Assembly (NCBI RefSeq): GCF_009914755.1
Contig: NC_060926.1
Length of the DNA: 64,000 nt
From: the human T2T-CHM13v2.0 reference genome, Homo sapiens
Strand: one strand, 5' to 3'
Below the pieces are notes generated by a model. The model saw only the letters and a list, made by a program, of their open reading frames with translations, searched no databases and was not told the DNA's origin. This document shows, in pieces, positions 56,321 through 64,000 of the stretch. Within the stretch, counting starts at the first letter, position 1, and the number at the start of each line of letters is the position of its first letter. Both the position numbers and the translations under genes were made by a program.

Positions 56321-56621
56321 GGCCGGGCTCAGTGGCTCATGCCTACAACCCCAGCACTTTGGGAGGCCGAGGCGGGAGGATTACCTGAGGTCAGGAGTTC
56401 AAGACCAGCCTCGCCAACATGGTGAAACCCCGCCTCTACTAAAAATACAAAAATTAGCTGTGCGTGGTGGCAGGCATCTGTAATCCCAGCTACTCAGGAG
56501 GCTGAGCCATGAGAATCACTTGAACCTGGAAGGCGGAGCTTGCAGTGAGCCCAGATTGTGCCACTGTACTCCAGCCTGGGTGACAGCGGGAGATTCCATC
56601 TCAAAAAAAAAAAAAAAAAAA
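56321..56621 (+). mobile_element. AluSx-like
   Basis: TSD tagtaaga. Confidence 0.93.
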
Positions 56622-59600
56622 TTAGTAAGATGATCATTGTGGGTTGACTCTGTACGAAAAACATAAAGATGGCAACAAAGGTGAGTGCTCAGATTTCCCC
56701 CCAGCCTACCTGGAAACTCACCCCAAAACCAACCTGATTCAGGGGAAAAAGTGGTTTGCTTTTATCTAAAGGAATTCTGCACAGATAAAACCAGGCTGCC
56801 CACAGAATTTCCATCACACCAAATTCGCAGTTTCTACATAATTGGATTTCTCTTCCTCACTGTCATCACCATTACTTCTGGAAGGAAGAGTGGAGAGAAT
56901 GGCACATAGAGTCTATTGTGCTTTTACAAAGATTCAATAAACAAATGCCAAAGTTGGAAAAAGATGATGCTGTGGTTGGTTATTATCTTCCAGCTAATGA
57001 TACAGTTGAATAAACGCAGCGATGTTGCAGAAAGGGAGCAGATTCAAGGCTCTGCCTTTCCATTAAGTTATGATGATTTCCCAAGACATCCAGGGTGGAG
57101 CAGAAATGTGGTTGATAAAATGCATGGCGTGGATTGAACAGCAAGAAGAAAGCAACTGACTGCAGCTGTCTGTGTGATTTGGCAACCCACAACTACTCAG
57201 ACAAATCTAAACAAATCACCATCCCTGGCTTCCTGATGCCTCCAGGAAAGTCCTGTAATGACTGCTCTGCGCTGCCCTTCTAGGCAGGGGTGAGGAAAAT
57301 ATGCAGATTCCACAAGTTTAGGGCTTTCCTGGGGCATGTGTTCAATGCAGCAGCTGCCACCCTTCCACAGATTTGGCTGCTTTCTGCAAAATCCAAGTTT
57401 ACATTAACTAATCATACATTTGCAACCCTTCCCACTGTGCCCACAGCTAGCATGATGGGCACCAAAGCCCTGTTTCCCTCATAGCCCAACCATATGAAAA
57501 CACCCAACAGGTAGCCCAAGACAAGAGAAGCTGTGTTTTGTCCTCTGCCCACCTAGCCACGCCTTCCTAGCTCCTTCCAAGGCTTAAGTGGGAAGTATTC
57601 AAAACTGGTCCATGCACATGACCATCGCTTGGGGGTACATCTCCAGCCCTGAGTTCTGGCAGCTTCCCTCCCCCAGCTTTCCTGCAGCTGCCAGAATAGC
57701 TGCAGCTCTGCTGAGCAGCCACAGTCATCCAGTTAGACACGTTTTGCCGGGGGTAAGGGATGGATCTGCCCTTGCCAGCCTAGAACACGACTGGAATGGA
57801 TGGGTGGGAGAGAAATCCTGCCATTGAAGCCCCTTCCCCTCAAAAGAAAAACAAATGGAGGATATCTGGGGAAAAGCTTTTTTTTTTTTTTTTTGCCCAG
57901 CGGTACTTCAGAGAGCAGCTCTGGAGAAGTTCATGACAAGAAAGTGTGATTGGCCACTGGCAGAGACTGCTGGGTCCCTGCAGAGAGAAATGTGGCCCCG
58001 TTGGGATGCCTCAGCTTAGGAACACAGAGAAGGGGGAGAGTGCAGGCAAACCCTGTCCCTGAAAGCCAGCACAAGGGTGGCATGCTCACCCCACTCAGCA
58101 ATCTTGGGAAAGAGCAGTGAGAGGGGTCTGAATGGCAGCCCAGGTGGCCTGGACAGCAGAACAAGAGGGTTCCCCCTGGAAGTCAGCTCCCCTTGGGGCA
58201 ATAGAGAGGGAGAGAGGAAAGGAGAGGGGAGAGGGAGAGAAAGAACAGTGCTTCTCTATATGGTGATTATAAGTCAACGTAATCACAGAAGAAACACCTG
58301 AGCACCTAGTTCGTTGCCATGTACACAGCAGGTGCTCAATAAAAATTTGCTGGTGATGGTGTTAGATGTGACTTTCTAGACAAAACCTGCTTTACTGTAA
58401 GTGAAATAAATATCTGTTGGATTGAAATGAATTGAAATAGGCAGCGGGTTAGCGGTGTAATTTGAAGAGCAATGGAAAATTTGGTCCCTTGCCTCAAATC
58501 TCTCTCCTACTGTAACTGCCAGAGTGCTGGAAATTTCCAGATTCCTCTTTTGGGTTAATGGGGTAATGAAAACCTTGTTGAAAAGCAAATGTTTTCTGGG
58601 AGGGATAACCAATGAAGCAACTATGATCTCTCAGTCATCCAGGATTGCAAATGGAATTCAACTCAACGGCCAGCCCTGATAGATTCACCGGAGCCGCCTG
58701 GAGTTCTGTCCTAAAGACCCTGAGGCCACAGCTGGCTCAGCAGAAAGCAGTACTGTGGGGAATACTGATATCTGCCACGGATGTGGAAAGGGGCTGGATG
58801 CTAGGGGTGCCATGTATTTGCCATCCCTGCCTCTTAGCCTGAATTATTCGAATATATTATCCCCAACAAAGAGCAGGCCCCTAAGGAAATGTAAGCTGGG
58901 ACGGACATTCTGGAGGGATAAAGATGGTGAAAATTTTGCCTGAAAAGCAGGCCAGGGAATATGGCGCTGATGTGCAGTAGAAGGATACAAGAAGCCCCTG
59001 TGAGTTTGGTGGTAGGGGGCTGGGGAATGCCTACAGGAAGTCTACCTTCACCTTTTTCCATCTTGCCATGAGTGAGCGCTAACCACAGACTCTCCAGTCA
59101 AGAGGGTAACCGTAGCTCTCATCCTCCCACCACAGGAATTTGTCTGGCTCTTGTCAAACTTTGCCATCACATTCCCCAACAGCAGAGAAGAGTGAATGGA
59201 CCACTCTATGGGAACAGAGGGATAATGCCAGCAGCCTACCCTGAGCAAAATGTGTCTTTGAAACCTCCGTTTTAACTTGAGAATTCATGTAAAGTTTGCA
59301 TTCTATCATTAATTATTTGCTTTCACGTAGAAATATTTAAGTTACTTATAAGTCCTACTAGAGTAGCGCCGTCTGCTATGATAGATCAAGCTCAAAAGCT
59401 CAATAGTGATACTTTAGACATTTATTTTTCACAACATAAAGTCCAGGTGAGTGTGGCTGGTCCATGGATAGCCTGGCCCCTTGGTCTTCTGACTCCACCC
59501 TCTTTCAGGGACTGTACGTCCTTCCCATTCAACTAGCAGATGAGGAAAGGCCAGTTAAGATGGTCTCTTAATTACTTAAGCCCAGAATTGACAGCCATTC

Positions 59601-61609
59601 TCCCAACATTCCATGAGAAAGAATTTGTCACAGGGCTCCACTTAAACGCAAGGGTAGCTGAAAATATAGTCCCTGACTACCTAGCAACACTCCGGGTAAC
59701 TGTTAATGTTTTAACTTCTCCATCTTCCCAAATCTATGGGACAAGTTAATCTTTAGAAGATGTGCTGAGTTTCATCCCACATCTTTACTCAACTGGAGCA
59801 CGTTGCCACATATTCCCAGAAGGGCATCTACTCTCGTTTAAGAAACCACATAGGTAGTCCATTTTCAATAAGACCTAATTTCCACTTGTAGCCTCAGTGA
59901 AAGCCAATTTTAGTGGACTACTCCATTTTACCTCCTCTTCTCTCTGCTCCCTCTTTCCCTTCCTCTCAAGCCAGTTAGATACCATCAGGATTTTTAAAGT
60001 AGGCCCAAAGCCATGTTGAATATTGCCAGGAAATGGCTGGCTGGCTGTCCACCAAGAGACATTCAAAAGTGGCATTATCTTAATGAATTTTTCACGGTCC
60101 AAGGTCTGGACAGAAGACTTACAGGTCCAAAAATTCAATCTTCTTAGTGTGCCAGGATTTGCCTAACTTAGGAGGGCTGACTTGTGCGAACTAAAATCAC
60201 AAAACTCCAAAACTACTCACCAAAGTGGCAATACCTCTTGACAAGAAGGTGTGTGACTGTCAAGGAGATCAAATATTGAAATTATTGTCTTCACCATTTT
60301 TTTCTCCCTGAAGAAAATCTACTAAGGAGGTCAAATTACAATAAAAAAGCTCCTAGGTGAGTCTGGAATCAGAGCATGAGTTATTTAGTTAGAGGAGTTG
60401 GAAGCTTAATGTCACCAGGCTACTAGGGCCTGATGAAGCCATCAGTGCTGGAACAGTCATGTCATGGGCTTCCTTTGGTCTGTCCTGTCTTAATTCTGTG
60501 CTCACCAGCTTTCTCTCTGATTGACACATCCTTTAGACACACCGATGCCATCCATCAGTAGAGTTACTGCCAGATCTGTACTCTGCTTTCTTCTGACATG
60601 GTGGACATTTTATCTCTAAGGTACACTTGTGTATGGCTGGCATCATCCACTGTGTTAAATTTTTAATCAAGCTCGCAAAGCTAGGAAGAAGAACAGAAGA
60701 GAAAGGGCAGGGGACTTACTCTCATCTCTGTCTACACCAATTGATGTTATTGTAGAATGAAATGTAAGAGCTTATTTGGAGGTCTCAGTAGAAAAGATTG
60801 GATATTTATAGATCCTTGACTGAAAAAATATTTCTCTCCCCTCTTTCTCTCCTCTTTTTCTAGGGCCACAGCCGACCCAGCAAGATGCCTGCAGTTCTCT
60901 CATTCAAGGTTGTAACCCAGAGCTGCTGGCAGCAAGTACACACTGAGGGATGAATCCCAGTCAAAGCCAAGAAGGGTTGCCAAGTTCAATGCCAGGGAAG
61001 GGTATCAAGTTTCAGTTGTACTGGGTGAGAAGTAGACGGTGCATAGATCAGGGAAAGGTCACTGGCCATGGTGCAAGAAGCAGGACTGGAAGCCAACAGC
61101 AAAGAGGGTTCAAGTGAAATAGAACAGGGTGGAAGCTCGAAAAAAACAAGGGTACCAGGAAGCTCTTTCTTGTTGGTTATTGACTAGTTGAAAGCACAAT
61201 ACTGAGTTGGGCACTGAGCTATCTGGGAAAGTAACCTTCTTTAATTGAGTTTGCAACATCAACAGCTATTTCATGGGATAGTGAAGAAAGGGACTCAAGC
61301 CTAGAGAACCATGAAGGACAGGCCACAGCCAGATGGCCCTCACATCCAAACCAGTTACATTAAAGTAAGAGACCTGCTTTGCAGTTTTAGCTCTGACAAT
61401 TATGGGAAGCTTGACTTCCTCAACTCACTTTACCTCTCTGACCCTTAGTTTTCTCCTCTGTTAAATGAGGCAATTGAAATCAGTGTTTTGCAAAGCCCTC
61501 CTGATGTATAACACTGTGTCTACAAAGATAAAGCACTCCCCTAACCACACATCTATTCACATCCTGCACTGAAAAGATCAACCTTCTAGAAAAGAATTTG
61601 GAGTAGTGT

Positions 61610-62770
61610 TTTTTTAACCTACACTTACACAAAAGTGGGCAAAATAGCCCGGTAACCAGCTCCCAGATTAAGAAACAGGACTCTTACTAGGATCTCAATA
61701 GCTTCCCTATTTCCTTTCCCTGTCACTACCTTCCTGCAAAAGTAACCACCATTCTAATTTAAAACAGGGTGACAGATTAGTTTTGTCTGTTTTAGAACTT
61801 TATGTAAATTGAATCACACAGTACGTACTCTTTTGTGTCAAGCTTTTTAAATTCAATTATTTGTCTGTGAGACTCACCCATGTTGCTGCATGTAGCTGGG
61901 GTTGGTTATTTCCTTGTTGCTTTATAGTGTTCCATTATGCCACAGATTTATTTATCCATCTTATTGCCCACAGACTTTTGAATTGTTTTCTATTTTGGCA
62001 TTATGAAGAATGTTGCTATGGAAATTTTTATACATGTCTTTGGGCACATATTCGTAGGCATTTATGTATTAGTTATCTATTGCTGTGAAGCCAGTTGCTG
62101 CAACAAACTTAAAACAGTACATATTTATTATCTCACAGTTTCTGTGGGTCAGGAGTTCGAATGCCACTTAGCTGGGTCTTTTGTTTTAGGGTCTCTTACA
62201 AGGCTGCAATCAGGTGTCAACTATGACTGGGATCTCATCTGAAGGCTCAACTGGGGGAGGATTGTGTCCAGGCTCACATAGTTGTTGGCAGAATTCAGTT
62301 TTTGGAAGACTGTTGGACTAGGAGCTTCATTTCCTAGATGGACAAACCATCCTCATTTCCCTGCCATGTAGGCTTCTCCAGCATCAAAGCATGCAAGCCA
62401 AGAAACAATAGAGTCTGCTAGCAAAACAGAAATGAGCATTTTATGTAACACAATCACAGAAGTATATCCCATCACAGTTGCTTCTATATGTTAGAAGACA
62501 ATCACAGATCCCATCCACCCTCAGAGGTACAGGATTACACAAGAGAATGAATGCCAGGAAGTGGATATCACAGGGGGTCATCTTAGAGTCTGGCTGCCAC
62601 AATTTCTGTTGGGATTGTAACCGGGAATGGAATTATTTGGTCACTGGTCCAGATTCAGTTTTGGAAATTCACTAGTTTTCCACTGTGATTATACCAATTG
62701 ACATCCTCACCAGTATTTTCTCCACATCTGGGATTGGTTTTTCCATAGCTTTCCTTCTGGTGTGAGTTAT
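61610..62770 (-). mobile_element. Old L1 3' relic interrupted by an MLT1(E/F-like) LTR (~62063-62620)
   Basis: gagactcacccatgttgctgcatgtagc, and attatctcacagtttctgtgggtcaggag. Confidence 0.7.
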
Positions 62771-63179
62771 CAAATTGCTCCTGACAAAAGAAAAAAATGG
62801 CTTTGTGCACCACAAGCTGCCTTATTCCCTGACTGAACTGGGAGGCAGAATTCTGAATTTCCCAGCCTGGAACTACTCATACCTTTTCTCTACTCTCCTC
62901 AGAGGAGAAAAATCCCTGAAGATGCAGAGTCAAAAAAGGTGCCAACTCCAGCAGTACCACCGGTGTTAGTGGCCACCAAGCTGAGGGGTGAGGGATGCTG
63001 GAGAAAAAGTGCCATCACCTCATTTACCAGAGTCCCCTGAATATTAGTCACCATTTATCCAGCCTGGGAAGAGCCACTGGGAGTGATTCTAATTGGGTCC
63101 TGAGCTGTTAGCCAATTCTAAAGGAGTGTTGATGTACCAGCATGAAAAGTTCCCACTATCAATCCTATGTCATGGCAAG

Positions 63180-63540
63180 TGTGTTAGTCTGTTCTCACAC
63201 TCCTAATAAAGACATACCTGACTGGGTAATTTATAAAGGAAAGAGGTTTAATTGACTCACACTTCCACATGGCTGGGGAGGCCTCAAAATCATGGTGGAA
63301 GGTGAAGGGGAAGCAAGACACATCTTACATGGCAGCAGGCAAGAGCACTTGTGTACGGGAACTCCTCTTTGCAAAACCATCAGATCTCATGAGACTTATT
63401 CACTATCATGAGAACAGCATTGGAAAGACCCACCCCTATGATTCAATTGTCTCCCACTGGGTCCCTCTCATGACACATGGGAATTATGGAAGCTACAATT
63501 CAAAATGAGATTTGGGTAGGGACACAGCCAAACCATATCA
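63180..63540 (-). mobile_element. THE1 solo LTR
   Basis: tgtgttagtctgttctcacact..cagccaaaccatatca, perfect 5-bp TSD gcaag. Confidence 0.92.
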
Positions 63541-64000
63541 GCAAGGTACGTGGTAGATGTTCAATAACTGTTTAATTAGGATAGAGAAGAAGTAATAACT
63601 AACCTTCAACAAGTGCTCCCTACATTCCTCTATTTCCAATGGCTCATAGGCCCCAGATGTAAAAGAATTTGGGGGAAAATGCAATGGGTCAAGAGCATTT
63701 CTGGGATCTCCATGAGATTCATTAATATTTCTGCCCAAGTGTGTCTAGCAGGGTTATGTTCCTGAAAGCCACTAAACAGTGGTAATAACAGCACCGGGGT
63801 GACTGAGCTGCCTGGATTTGAAAAACTTTGCCAAATGTGTTCAAAGAAGTTCTAGGGAACAATTGATTTGAGTAGGTTCTGATAAAACACCCTCCTGTGG
63901 ACACCAGTGAAATGTTGAGGCTAATTGGGGTTTCTGATACTGATTGTGGAGGAGTTTGGGGGTTGCTGTTTTTCCTTCACTGAATTCCGTCTTCTTTTCT

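Overview
Primate (most likely human) genomic DNA containing the 3' end of NRP2 (neuropilin-2, 'a' isoforms) on the + strand. The gene portion is a 51-nt in-frame exon (585-635, VDIPEIHEREGYEDEID, missed by the ORF track), the terminal coding exon (3104-3408, transmembrane helix plus cytoplasmic tail ending in the SEA PDZ-binding motif) and a ~3.1-kb 3'UTR ending near 6480. The remaining ~57 kb is intergenic and dominated by transposon relics: about 16 Alu-family elements, L1/L2/MIR, MaLR/ERV solo LTRs and MER DNA transposons, several of them nested with readable target-site duplications (TSDs). I see no other protein-coding gene, RNA gene or CRISPR-like array, and I found no convincing previously undescribed biological system. 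The best leads are regulatory or structural: a perfect CTCF motif beside a diverged ~170-bp direct duplication, a perfect palindromic MARE, an intact MLT2A1 LTR with DUX4-type motifs and a splice donor, a 15-bp 3'UTR hairpin, and a UGA-CGG stop followed by a 61-codon open extension. Repeat subfamily names come from recalled consensus sequences, and repeat boundaries are approximate unless a TSD is quoted.
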